From assembly GCA_965113315.1 (NCBI GenBank), contig OZ220371.1: a stretch of DNA of 64,000 nucleotides. The stretch is one strand, 5' to 3'. A program made the position numbers and the translations under genes. The notes under the pieces were generated by a model. The model was given only the letters and a program-made list of their open reading frames with translations. It was not told the DNA's origin and made no database searches. This stretch comes from Podarcis vaucheri (taxonomy: Eukaryota). Below, piece after piece: positions 39,758 to 51,644 of this stretch; positions within the stretch are counted from its first letter, which is position 1; every line of letters starts with the position of its first letter.

Positions 39758-39894
39758 CTTGGGGTCAATTTTCTTAAAACTCGGCTCTTCTTCATCTACC
39801 TCAAAATACAGTTCAGAGGCGGTGATGGAAAGTGTGCCCTTCACTACTGCACAAGGGGCCACAAGCTGAGCTGGTGTAGACAGACTAACAGGAC
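39758..39894 (-). CDS. LRBA: LRBA coding exon, 137 bp, start of the BEACH-associated PH domain: (G)PVSLSTPAQLVAPCAVVKGTLSITASELYFEVDEEEPSFKKIDPK
   Basis: Peptide matches the LRBA PH domain start. Acceptor ttccctttggtag, donor AAG|gtaaga. The next exon was not found, so 1-39757 is the MAB21L2-hosting intron. Confidence 0.95.
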
Positions 39895-42418
39895 CTACCA
39901 AAGGGAAAGAAACAAAAACCACAGTCCAACAACTTGTTAACAGTGGTCTCCTCAACAAGCACAAAATGTTGCACAGATATAAGTGTATGTTCTTCTTTTT
40001 ATTAGCTCGCTTTAATCCAATGACACCCTCCACAAAAAGGACTGGATTTAGAAATTAAATTCTTATAAGTCCCCAGTCCCCCGCAAGTACACATGCAATG
40101 CATTTGCTGCACTTGGGACTGCCAGACATTTGAACAACTACAGCTGCAAACAATGCAAACAATTATGTATGCCATCTAGGTGGCTATTAGATCATCGAGC
40201 TTCCTTCTTCCAGAAATTTAGAAATATTTCAGAACCGAATACCTCATGTTCTAAACAATAATGCAAATTGCATAAAAAGGAAGGTTGGATGGGAAATATT
40301 AGTTTCACATATGTGTGTGTAGATTTGGGGGGGGGAGTGGCAAACCAATTTGACCCAGATTTCCTGATGATTAGCTTATTTAGAAAGTTGCTTATGAGTT
40401 CTGTACATGGGTTTTTATTTTCATGCATGGCAGGGATCTATTGTTCAGAAGTTAAATGCTACCCATAGCTAGAGACTGAGACATATAGCATTTGAGAAGT
40501 GGTTTCAGCTTGCCTTTTAAATATTTTTCAAGGAATCCACACACAGTGTTAGTGCAGCTTAGGGACTGTGGGAATAAACAGCTGGAGCGCTGGTTTCCAA
40601 CTGAATGAATTTTTATTGGAATAATCACATCTCCACAGGGTTTATCACAGAGGCAGATCAGTGTACTACTCAAAACAATAGGCTGGGTACAGATCTAACA
40701 ATATGCAGGCCATTATATAAAGCAGAAAAGTGGGTTATATTTGTCATCCAACTCATTAAAAAGCAGGGAACACAGAGACCACGGAAGGGCATATTTGTCA
40801 GCTGTAGGCCTTTGTTTAAAAATACTGTAAACTGCATGTGTGACACATTCCCTTTTGCATTAATAAAGTGTGTATAAATGAGGTGCACACGCTTAGGTAA
40901 TCAATGGGTGAATAACTGCCAAAAAAATTCAGATGAATTGTCATTTCTGTCAATTGTTAGGAGGTGTGATGGTCTTTAATCTTGCATCAATCTCAATGTG
41001 TGCCAGGAGCACAATAGAGGAGATGCTCTGCTGAGATCAGAGCAGCTTTGCCCTCTATTCCCAGCGTACAAATACATTGTGTTTGCAGATGGGCATCCGA
41101 GAGCTGCACTACCTCCATGATTTCCCAAAGCTCATTCCCACAAATGGATGAAATAAGCAGCTATGTGTTCTTTTGCTGTCTCCCTTTGCCCTCTGTACAT
41201 TAGCATGTAATCCAGGGAAGAAATAACATTTTTTCAATCACTTTCAGACATTCAATTACAGGGCAAGCAGACAGCTGCAGAAGCCAGGGCAGCTCAGGTC
41301 CCGCTGAAAACCCCTGACAATTTCAACTTCATTCGTAACCCACACTACTTTATTAGCAAGGATTACTTCTTAATCCTATTGCCATTGTCAAGATTATATA
41401 ATTAAACTCCCCTTTCACCTCTATTACAGTATGAATGTATTAGCAGAAGCAACAAATGTAGAAGGGGGTGGAGAAGAGGAGGACATGGAATGGATGCTCT
41501 TGCAGGGGTGTTGAAGAACAGGTTCATGCAGAGCTTCTCTATTAAATTATGTTGCTGTTTTACTGATTGGTGCAGTGCTTTGACAGCAGACTATATTTTC
41601 ATGTTTAGTTTTTATTATAAGGCAGCCAACAGATGATGCAATAGGCAATGAACTGAAACAGAGATTTTTAGATTTTTGCGCATTAATAAAAATGAATAAG
41701 CCCCCATTTCCACTTCTTCCAGCAAAACAGAATTTAAACACAAGGGATATTCTTGTTTTGGGAGCGGACCAAGTGATATTTACCTAGACCCAAAATTCTA
41801 CACTATTCATCCCCAGATTGCAATTCCAGTCCAGTGCATAGGGGGCTTGGCTATAAAACTCTAAAGCAGAAAAACATTGTTTTGTTCAGTTTGCAACCAA
41901 GCCAATCTATTATGGTAAGAATAACCTGTTTCTCAGTTTTTTTTAAAAAAGGAGTAAATGAAGGTTTAGACTTACACAAAGGAGGCTGGCAGAACAATTA
42001 GCTTAAAAGAATTATGGAATGATTGCCTTTGATGCAGAGAGGTGTTTTGCTTTTGAACAAATATATAAATACGCTTTATGATTTACTTGTTCAGATTGCC
42101 TTCTTGTTCCAGTTGCGCCGTAACACTAGTGTCAATGAGGTGGGAGGGGGGAAGCTAGCATAATCTACTTTTGTACAGGATCTGGCCTGACCTTTCATTC
42201 ATATATATATATCCCGGTTAAAATTAATAATTTAAGTGGCAATATAAAGGTCATTTCCCCTATTCAGAAATTTATCTTCATTAATACAGTTATGGGAAAG
42301 AGCCATCCGCCCCATGTCTTCCCCCCCTTGCAGAGAAGATGTTGCCAAGGAGGAGGTAAAGGAGTAAGGGGAGGGGGAACCAAGTCGGAAGGAGCAGGTA
42401 ATAGACAGCTGAAGTTAC

Positions 42419-42565
42419 CAGTTAAGTTCTCCAGTTCCTTCTCTTCGATGGATGACAAGGTATCATCGTCGCCTTCCAGGAGAATTTCGCTCTCAGAGTT
42501 CTGATTTCCTAAAGCCTGACTCTTGATGGACTGCTTTCCTTTAACAAGTACATCTTCATCTGGAG
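42419..42565 (-). CDS. LRBA: LRBA coding exon, 147 bp: (A)PDEDVLVKGKQSIKSQALGNQNSESEILLEGDDDTLSSIEEKELENLT(G)
   Basis: LRBA-type peptide. Acceptor ctctttcatttcag, donor G|gtaact; phase 1-1, joining both neighbouring exons in frame. Confidence 0.95.
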
Positions 42566-43299
42566 CTGAAATGAAAGAGAAACGCGGCTGTCCATCAACT
42601 CGGAGAGGCAACAGTTACGGGGAAGGAAGGTCGGGGAGGGGGGCGAGGAATAACCTTGCTTATTGCACACATGCCGGAGACTCAAGCAAAGAGGGGCTCA
42701 GCTGGGAATAAATCCGTCAGCCAGCCGCCTCTAACCCACGCTGGTTGGGAAGCGAGTGAGCCGGCAGAGCTACTTGTAAACCGATTAACACAGCCAGGAC
42801 TGAGAGCTTTTAGCCCTACTTACGTGATATTTGAAACAAGCGTCCCCCTTCCAGTATTTTTAATTTTTTTACTACTACAACAGCAAATATCCCTACCCAA
42901 AATAATAATAATAAACCACAACTCACCCTGATAGCAAACTTATACCTCTATAAATTAAATCAAAATCGGAGATTTTAGGAAAAGGGAACGAACTAGTTGG
43001 GTGCGTCTCAAGAAACCAAGACTGCAAGTCTATACTAGGCAGCAAGCCCCGTTGGAGTCAGTGGACCTGCTTGGGGGGGGCACATGAATGACCCCCAGCT
43101 GTAAAATGTGATCGAGCATCCTTATGTGGGGAGGGGATGCGATCCATAAACCAGCAAAGCAAGCGAGGGAATCCAGCACCTCTGATTAACTCAGGAAGGA
43201 AGGAAGCACTTGGTGGGGTTGTCGATTTTTAAAAATTATTTCTTTTTTGCCCCAACCACTTTGGTTTAACTGCTCTATGGCTAGCAATATTCTTTATTC

Positions 43300-45400
43300 A
43301 GGAGGAGCCAATTCAGACCTGGTGGAACCCAGACACAGCAACGCCTTCCACATCACTCCAAACTCACACCGATTCTCGCATCTGAGGACTTAATAAAGAT
43401 TCCCACAGCTGCCTCGGGCGCTTCTCGGGCCGGCCAAGGAGCTGTGGACTCCGCCGGCTGCCAGCTCCTGGAAGGGGCTCCTTCGCCTTACTGCTCTCGA
43501 AGCCTGAGAACGTGATGGCTTTGCCCGACGGGGGCTCCGGCCGCACTGCAGCCCCGGCCGCGCCCTCTAGGCTAGCCGGCCGGCCACGTCCTCAAGGGAC
43601 GTCCCTCGCTGCTCTCTGGCTGCGCAGCCACGGGCAAAATGCAGCCGGACTCCCAAGGCGGCCCCGAGCCACAAACAACCCGCTGCCACCAGCCGTGGAG
43701 GGGCTGCTCCAAAGGGCAAGCCAGTAGCGTCCTTCGCGCACCGGCCCGAGGGAGGCCCCTTCGGACGTGCGGGGGCTACAGCATGCCTGCGACACAGGGG
43801 CGATCCTGTGCCTCATTTACCCGGGAGTAACCCCCACTGCTCACAGCTCTGCCTTCGGACTCAGTATGAGAGGACGGCGCCGTTAAGGGGAAATCGCATA
43901 GGGCAGCTTTGGAGGGGGGGGCGTGCACGGTTGGCGAAGCTTCCTTTAAGGAATTTTGGAAAGTTCTTTTCTGCGCAATGAACTTGGAAACAGGGGTGCC
44001 AACTTGTATAAAAAATGGGGAGGGAGTAGCCCTTATAAGTGATCACAAGACGCGGCGCATGCACAGCATTTGAACAGACCATCAACCTTTTTTTGAGAGG
44101 AGGCCCCCTCAAATCTTTTATTGAGGGGGCGCGAATGGACCTCGGCCCCTGGGCGTTTGCGCCTATGCTTGGAAAGGTAGGAGAGCTACGTGGCTCAAGG
44201 CTGGGGAACCAGATCACGTCTCCCAGCTCTACTCCGAGGGAAGCTGATCGCGTTAGGACGTCGTCCTAGGACCTTCCCTCGCTCGCTTCGCTCTTCGACA
44301 GCGAGCAGGATCCAGCAAATCCACACTAAGCCCCCTTTTAGCCTGTCCTCTTTGAAGCTGCGAAAAGGTGCACCTGCATCACGGAGAGAAGCAGCAAGGC
44401 AATATTTCAGCAGGGCGGCACTGCTTGCCCTGAATGTTTCTCTTTTGGGGGGGGGGGGGAGTGAAGGGCAAGCGGGAGAAAAGACCCACACCACGGCAGA
44501 ACTGAACCAGCATTTCCAAATTCCATATAACTCTACCCCAAAGCTGAACAGACTTTCCCTTCTTTTGTCTAGCGCGCATTTTCTACGGAAACTTCGTCCG
44601 ATAAAAGCTACTTCGAGCAACAACCTTTTGTGTCTCTGTGTTACACAGAGACAGGCCAACTTTTTCAAATCAGGAAGGGGGATTCATAGTTCTTTCCCTC
44701 CCCCCTTTTTTTAACCAGAACATGTCTGCACAACAACAACAAAATCAGAGTAGCTGTTTTTATCTCACTTTATATATATATATAAAAAAGGGCTCAAAGT
44801 CTTAAGGCAGCAGGAACCGTCGATAATTTTACGAAATCACCTCCGGGCTGCAGAAGCTGAGCTCTTTTATTTATTTTATTTTTAACAGGCGCGGGGGGGG
44901 GGGCTCCAGTGGTCCCTCTCCAATATGCGCTACCGGTTTGTGTGGGGTTTTTCCAAAAAGAAAAAAGAAAAAAGAAAAAAAAAGATCGTCAACAATCCTG
45001 TGCAGAACGATAAATGCCAGACTGCCACATGATTTGAAATGCTCAGACGGCGACATGGAGAGAGCCAGAGCCCCTCTGCCTGTTTACTCAGCACCGCTGA
45101 ATTCACTGACACTTTGCGGGCGAGGCAGCGCGCGCAGGAGGACTCCAGCCTTTTAGAGAGCGCAAGTGAATGATATGTACAGAGAGGCTACCAGGCGCTT
45201 CATCATCGACGGGGACTTTCCCTCGCACCAATAAAGGGACGAGTCCTCTAGACGCACACGCACTCCCTCGAGTACAAACGAATAGATTTGGCTATGCGCG
45301 CTCTGGCAGGAGGGGAGGAGGAGGGTAGCTTTACTACATACACACACAGCATCCCCTTCTGTATAGAGGGAGCGCCAACGCCACCCCTCCAGCACAGGAA
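43300..45400. promoter_or_regulatory. Orphan intronic CpG island between LRBA exons
   Basis: CpG-rich, with no credible coding sequence. Confidence 0.7.
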
Positions 45401-47735
45401 GTCACTCTAGACTTACACAGAAGCTTGCACCTTCAAAGGATGCGGGAGGTGAACGGAAAGGTTATCAGCGTTAAGAGATCTGTGAATTTTTAAACACTAC
45501 AGGGGCTCAAGCTAGTGGAGAGTGCTTAGGTTACCAAGGCTGCAATCCTATGGACGGCTTAATTACGCTAATTGGAAAGCAACCATCTTCTATCCAGTGC
45601 CATTTACGTTGGACTATACGTACAAGGCTGCAATCTGATCACACTTACCAGGAAAGAAAGCCCAACTTCTGTGCAAACGCTTGACAGACTGGGCTGAATT
45701 TACAGCAAGCTTGTACTCTCTCATCCCAACAACACAGAATCCAGCATAATCTCAGACTCTCCAACCAAAACCAGAATATTTTTAATGTAACACATTCTAA
45801 TCAAGGGTACATGGCAGGAATGCAATGATAACTATCAATACCAACTCTTTTAAAATGCATAAACCCACTGTGTGCTTATTTATTTGGACTAAATGCATCT
45901 TGAGTTTCAGGAGAACACCACACACACTCCTATTCTGTTCCAAACTATGCTGTTTTTCTATGTTTAAATGCATTTTCTTCTTATTTTAAACTGACAAGAA
46001 GAAACAGATAGGAGGCAGCAATTCACTACTTATCTCACTATTACTCTCCATGTTGCAGCTGGAGAACATAGGAAATGTATTCAGATTTCTATTACTCAAA
46101 AGAGCTGCAAACTTGTGCATAATTTTGGGTAGCCTTAAAAGCAACATATTGGACTATGTCTCCTTTTGGAATCATGCCAAACACATCCCGGCTAGCCAGT
46201 TTCAACACGTTGCTCATTACTTTTTGATTATTGCCATACATGGCTTGAGGTTCCAGGGGCTTATTTTTAAAAAACCTTTAATCTGCAAACATTTACAGAG
46301 GAAAGCAATCCCTAGTGGCCATACATAAAGCTTAATTGTCTCTGTAAACATGTGAACATAAATTTCAAGTAAAACTTTACATTAGCACAATAGGCAAACC
46401 AACCATTTGGGTACCTAAGAATTCAGTTTTTAAAAGACAGAAGTTTAATCTGCAATAAAAGGCCATTTTTCATCTCACACATTTTCCTACAAACAAACAG
46501 CTTTTAAAATTTATTCGTAAATGTTTGTTTACACTACTGGTCAAAGGGGACGAGAATTTTACACACACACACTTTCTTTTTCTTCGTTCAAATGTACCAG
46601 TAGATATAACTAAACAAAACTCTGGTTCTGGAATTATTCAATGAGAGTTGAAAAACCTCTTGTCATGGAAAATATGCAGCTGATATTTAGAAAGGTTTTC
46701 CTGTAATTAACTCCCCCTTGAGGATTTTAAGTTAGCAGCAGTAAAATTACCTACAGTATTCTAATACACAACATATGCACTAACATTCAATTCTCAGTGG
46801 TCTAATAGCTTTCCAAAGAAGAATTTTATTTTTAATTAAAATAAGATGACTACTAGGATAAGCTAAAATAAAACAAAACAGATAATGAACATGTTTATAA
46901 ATTCTGACAACATGTGTCTGTAGCTTGGTACACAATGCACTTTTAAAATCAGCACTTACATGCAGATGTTTGAGAGTTTCACTTTATTCTGTACTTTGGT
47001 GATCTTTCTGTCTTAATTACACTAATGTTCTCATTTAAAATTACTGGTATCTATTTCATTTATTTAAAATTCAGTTTGAAAGTCAAAATGGGTCAATTAC
47101 AGGAATGTTTCTGGTAAAATTTCTACAGGTGTTAATAATTTTCTCTAGCTTTCTTTTGCCAGAATTTCCCAATAATATAACAGAGGATACTCCTATGTAG
47201 TCAATTTACTAGGATACTATTATAGCATGTAAAATACACTGGAAACGCATATGCAAGGGTTCACAATTTTCCCACGTCTATAGGCTTGCTGTGGGTAAGT
47301 AACTCTAGCAGACTGTGTAAGTATTTTGGAATTCACACTGTTACTGCTAAAGTTCTCATTTATAGCTGGGTGAAGCAAAAGTCTCAACTCATGGCAAGAG
47401 CTAACAGGCATCCCATCTGGCATGTTGCATATTTTGCTATTGTACTCTTTCTTTGAACACCAAGCACCAATCATACCACCATAAGCATTCTTTTAAAGAA
47501 GTATTGTTCATTTCAAACATGGTTCATGTACATGGAGCTGTTCTTCAAACTAACCTAAGATGTAAAAGAAAACAACCCTGCGGAGTGCATAAAATTTAGT
47601 TCTGGTTCTAGATATGGGTTTAAAATTTATGCCATACAAATGGATGGCACACACCACAAAATGAGCAACAGGGCCCCCAGTATAATAAATATTATATATA
47701 TACAAGTAGTATGCGTGTCTAAACACAACTATATA

Positions 47736-47977
47736 CAGTGGTACCTCGGGTTAAGAACTTAATTTGTTCTGGAGGTCTGTTCTTAACCTGAAACTGTTCT
47801 TAACCTGAAGCACCACTTTAGATAGTGGGGCCTCCTGCTGCTGCCGCACCGCTGCTGGACGATTTCTGTTCTCATCCTAAAGCAAAGTTATTAACCCGAG
47901 GTAATATTTCTGGGTTAGCAGAGTCTGTAACCTGAAGCATATGTAACCTAAAATGTATGTAACCCAAGGTACCACTG
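47736..47977. mobile_element. Tc1/mariner MITE, 242 bp
   Basis: TIR CAGTGGTACCTCGGGTTA...TAACCCAAGGTACCACTG; TA TSD. Confidence 0.92.
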
Positions 47978-49436
47978 TAATTATTTGCCCAGATGTATTT
48001 TATTGTTGCACCCACATTCTGTTCATAGATGCATTGTTATAAATACATGCATGAGTCTCACTCTCATGAAGAGATGCTGAAGTATGGGAGCAAGGCAACC
48101 TTTCTAGCCAAGCAAAGTATAAAAAGCATTATTTAACAAAACAGCTTCTATGTAATTTGGAATAGAAATCTCCCAAAATAAAGTTTTACAAGACATTGGA
48201 TTAGATCCTATAGTTTGGTCAATGCAGTGGATTTCATGTGCATGAAACAGGAATTTGCTGACTCCATCTGCAGCCCCCAAACTTGCTTGCGGCAGCCGAA
48301 GAACCTGTTATAATGGTATGGGATATGATGTGGAGGGGATACAGAGAGACAGGGCTGTTTCAAGCCATGCCCATCGTCCAAAGTGAGCGAAGCAGATACT
48401 TGGGATCCAAGCCATAATTTTTGCCATTTGAGATAGCAACAAGCCAAGTCCCTAGTTAGTTCTCTGTGGGGATAAGGGGGGAGGTTATAGTTCTGCAGAC
48501 TTGAATATGCAAGCCTTAGTATGATCAAGACCTCAGACTACAATGACATGCATAGGGACATGCTACATATATAGCATGGTACCCAGCACCCTACTACACA
48601 ACAATATTGTTTGCCAACAACCTGTCTGGTGATCTGACAGGCTGAAAGTTTTGCTGGGGTATCATATAGTAGATCGTCATATGCAATAGTTGATAGATAC
48701 CTGGGGAAAACAATAGACCTGAAGCAATTGTACCAATGTATTTCCAAGGTAGAATTCTTCAGAACTTAGCCCAAGACAGTTGAGTGAGAACTGAGTAATT
48801 TATAGGTCAAAACACCCTCTGAATGACAGTGCTTTCACCTGCTGACATAATTGTGGAAATTAATTCTGGCATTTAAGATAGAAAAGTAGTGACAGATGAG
48901 CACATGACTGACATCTGGTGCTTGTATGGGAAGTAGAGTTGAAATGACAGGATGGAGTCCTGTTTACTGAGGTGCTGAACAAAGCTTGTTCCTGAACGAG
49001 GCTGTGATGAAAGCTTAAATTTCTCACAGTTAACAAAACATTTGTGATTATAAGAGAGGGGTTTTCCCCCCTTATACTTTATACCAGGGAGTGAGCAACT
49101 TGAATGCCACATTAGGTCCAGTATAGGATATGATTTGGCCTACAAGGCAATCTTCCTCAAACCACATCCACCTGCCCGACACCTGATGCCATAGATGACA
49201 TCTGGTGTGGGGCTGGTGGACACGCAGGTGCATTCTTGGCAAGCAAGGCTTGCTATTGGTGCCCATCATCTGATCAGCAGTGGCAGCGAGCCCTGGCTAC
49301 AGACTTCCCAAAAAGCAATTCTGCAGTGTAGCTGATTCCTGCCCCAAATGGGCTTGCTATAAGACCCAACCAGCTAATCAGAGTTTACAGCAAGCACTGC
49401 TAGGATGATATTCCTTTTTATCACTGATCTGAAATA

Positions 49437-49655
49437 CAGGCAACCTCCGTTTTAGGTGCGAACCGATACGTGTGCGATTTCACACACACGCACGGTGCCG
49501 AACCAAAAAATATCAGAATACCAGAAACATAATAAAAGATGTCATTAAAGGTTGGGGCAGGGCAGAGGTAGAATGGGGTGTTGCAATTGCACATTATTTC
49601 ATGAAAGCGTGCAATGTCCTGGAACAGAACCCCTGTACAAATCGGGAGTTGCCTG
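49437..49655. mobile_element. Tigger-like MITE
   Basis: TIR CAGGCAAC...GTTGCCTG; TA TSD. Confidence 0.75.
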
Positions 49656-50594
49656 TAAATTCAATTTTTCCTCTTCATTTTTTTTACAAAAGAATTGGTC
49701 TTAGTTATTGTATTATATGCTTTGTTTAAATAGTTTTCTAAAGCATTTGAAAATTATATAAATACTGAAAAGTATAAATACTGAAAAATAAATAAATAAG
49801 ACGTGTTTATTTTCATTACGCTTCTTCCTGCTGTTCCTTCAAACCTTCCACAAAAACTACTACATCAGCAAAATCCTTCCTCACCCGTCAACAGGTTCGT
49901 CTTTTCTGCAACTCATTTTCTGTTCTGATTATTCCTTATCAATCTCTATTTTCTTTCTCCATCAGTCTTCATCATTTATATACCAATACCAATTTGAGTC
50001 TTCCGGCACTCATGTTTATTTAGTCCAAAGTACAACATACATGAGGTACCAGCAGACAGTGTTATAATCCTGACGTCTGCAAAATACGCAAACAAAAAAG
50101 GTAGGGGGAAATATATACGGGGGAGAACAACCTTGCCCCATAATAATGTGGCATGGCCAACTGAAAAAACAGTGACAAACAGGTGGAAGGGGAGGATAGA
50201 ATATAATGGCTGGAGTTGAAGATCAGAGACACCTAGATTGATATGTAGAAAAAGCCATTGTTTGCAGGGGAACCAAAGCTGTTTTGAAATGTCCCCTAGG
50301 GATGGAAGAAAGAGTTGCTCATATAAAATCAGAAGTGAGGCTACTGAAATAGTCTGCTCATTCCTGCTTCCAGACCCAATGAAGCGCTTCTTGCATAGTA
50401 AAGGGACACAATTCGTCGGTTTACTTGCAAAGGAGTTGCATTTTAAAACGTTTTTAAATGTTTTCATCTGTGAGCCAACTCTTATTTTTATCAGCACTTG
50501 AAGGCACAGGAAACACGTTGGAATATGTTGAAACAGTTTTTTGTGGGGGCCCCACTTTTCTAATACCAAGCTCAAGTCTTTGAACAAGCATTTT

Positions 50595-50708
50595 CTATGG
50601 GGCTATCTGTTTAGCCCATTTTAGTGTTGACTAAGTTCTAAAATTTTCCTGGAGTTTTTAACTGTGTACTGACAAATGTATTTTTTTTACTGACTGACGG
50701 TCGAATAA

Positions 50709-50737
<29 letters not shown>
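50595..50737 (+). mobile_element. 5'-truncated non-LTR retrotransposon 3' end with (GATT)n tail
   Basis: AATAAA followed by a (TGAT)n tail; 15-bp TSD TTGAACAAGCATTTT at 50580-50594 and 50738-50752. Confidence 0.85.
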
Positions 50738-50742
<5 letters not shown>

Positions 50743-51072
50743 CAAGCATTTTTATAGAGCCAAAATGTCACCCATGCAAAAGATGATGGTATCAGCAGAT
50801 GCAGAGTAACCCTGAAGTTTGCAGAAGTAAAAATCTTTTTAAAAATAATAATAATAAAGGGAACAATCCTCCCAAATGAGGACTTAACATATTCATGCCC
50901 AAAGACTGACTGTTGAAAAGGATAAGGAAAACCCTGAAAAGTAGGTAGAAGGGGAAATGGAATGGAAATGCTTTAGATAATGTAAAAGTGTTGGAGTTCT
51001 GCTTCAAAGGCTCACAGCCTATATCAGATAACTGGGTTTTCTGAGTTTCTCCCCCAATATAATCAGCATTCT

Positions 51073-51644
51073 TGTCATGGACTGGCTGGATGCAGAGGAG
51101 CGATGGGAGGCACCAGCTGGAGAACCCTTAAGGAAGGAAGGCTCAGAGCCAGGGGATTGGAGGTGGGATAATGATGAGTAGTCAGAGGGAGAAGAGGGAG
51201 CAAACTGGGAGGAGGAGGAGGGTGTCAGAAGCAAATGAGGTAACGGGGTTTAGTGGTAGAAGCAGAGGTTGGAGAGGATGGGAGCCAAGAGGCAGAGATG
51301 AGGCAGGCTGCTGAAGAAGCCAGGAGGTCTCCCCCTCCTGCAACCAGTTCCCCGCCCTGCTGGTCTCCCAGAACCAGAAGAGGTATGAAGAGGGTGGAGC
51401 AAAAGCAAACAAAGGTGTCAGAGTCTCAGATTGCATGGGAAGGACCTGGGGAAGGAGGAGACTTAAGGAGCTGTGGGAAGGCATGGACCTTCAGTCCTTG
51501 CAACTGCCTCAGTGGGGAAATATCTACTGGGAAGAACTGCTGTACTCACTAGGCCTGAGCTGTTTTGTTTCTTTGAATAAAGAGTTAACTTCACTGAAGC
51601 TGGGTGAGTTATTGCTGACCTGCTCCTGTCACCCACTCCCGACA
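51073..51644 (+). mobile_element. Solo LTR (probably Gypsy type), 572 bp
   Basis: TGTCA...CGACA termini; perfect 5-bp TSD ATTCT (51068-51072, 51645-51649); internal AATAAA near 51576. Confidence 0.85.

Noticed and set aside
45055-45156. 33-aa ORF (MERARAPLPVYSAP...) with good Kozak context in the orphan CpG island
   Set aside because: No homology or codon evidence; its length is expected by chance.
49976-50587. 203-aa minus-strand ORF and other long intronic ORFs, including N-spanning ones
   Set aside because: No homology, splice signals or codon bias; ORFs across N runs are artefacts.
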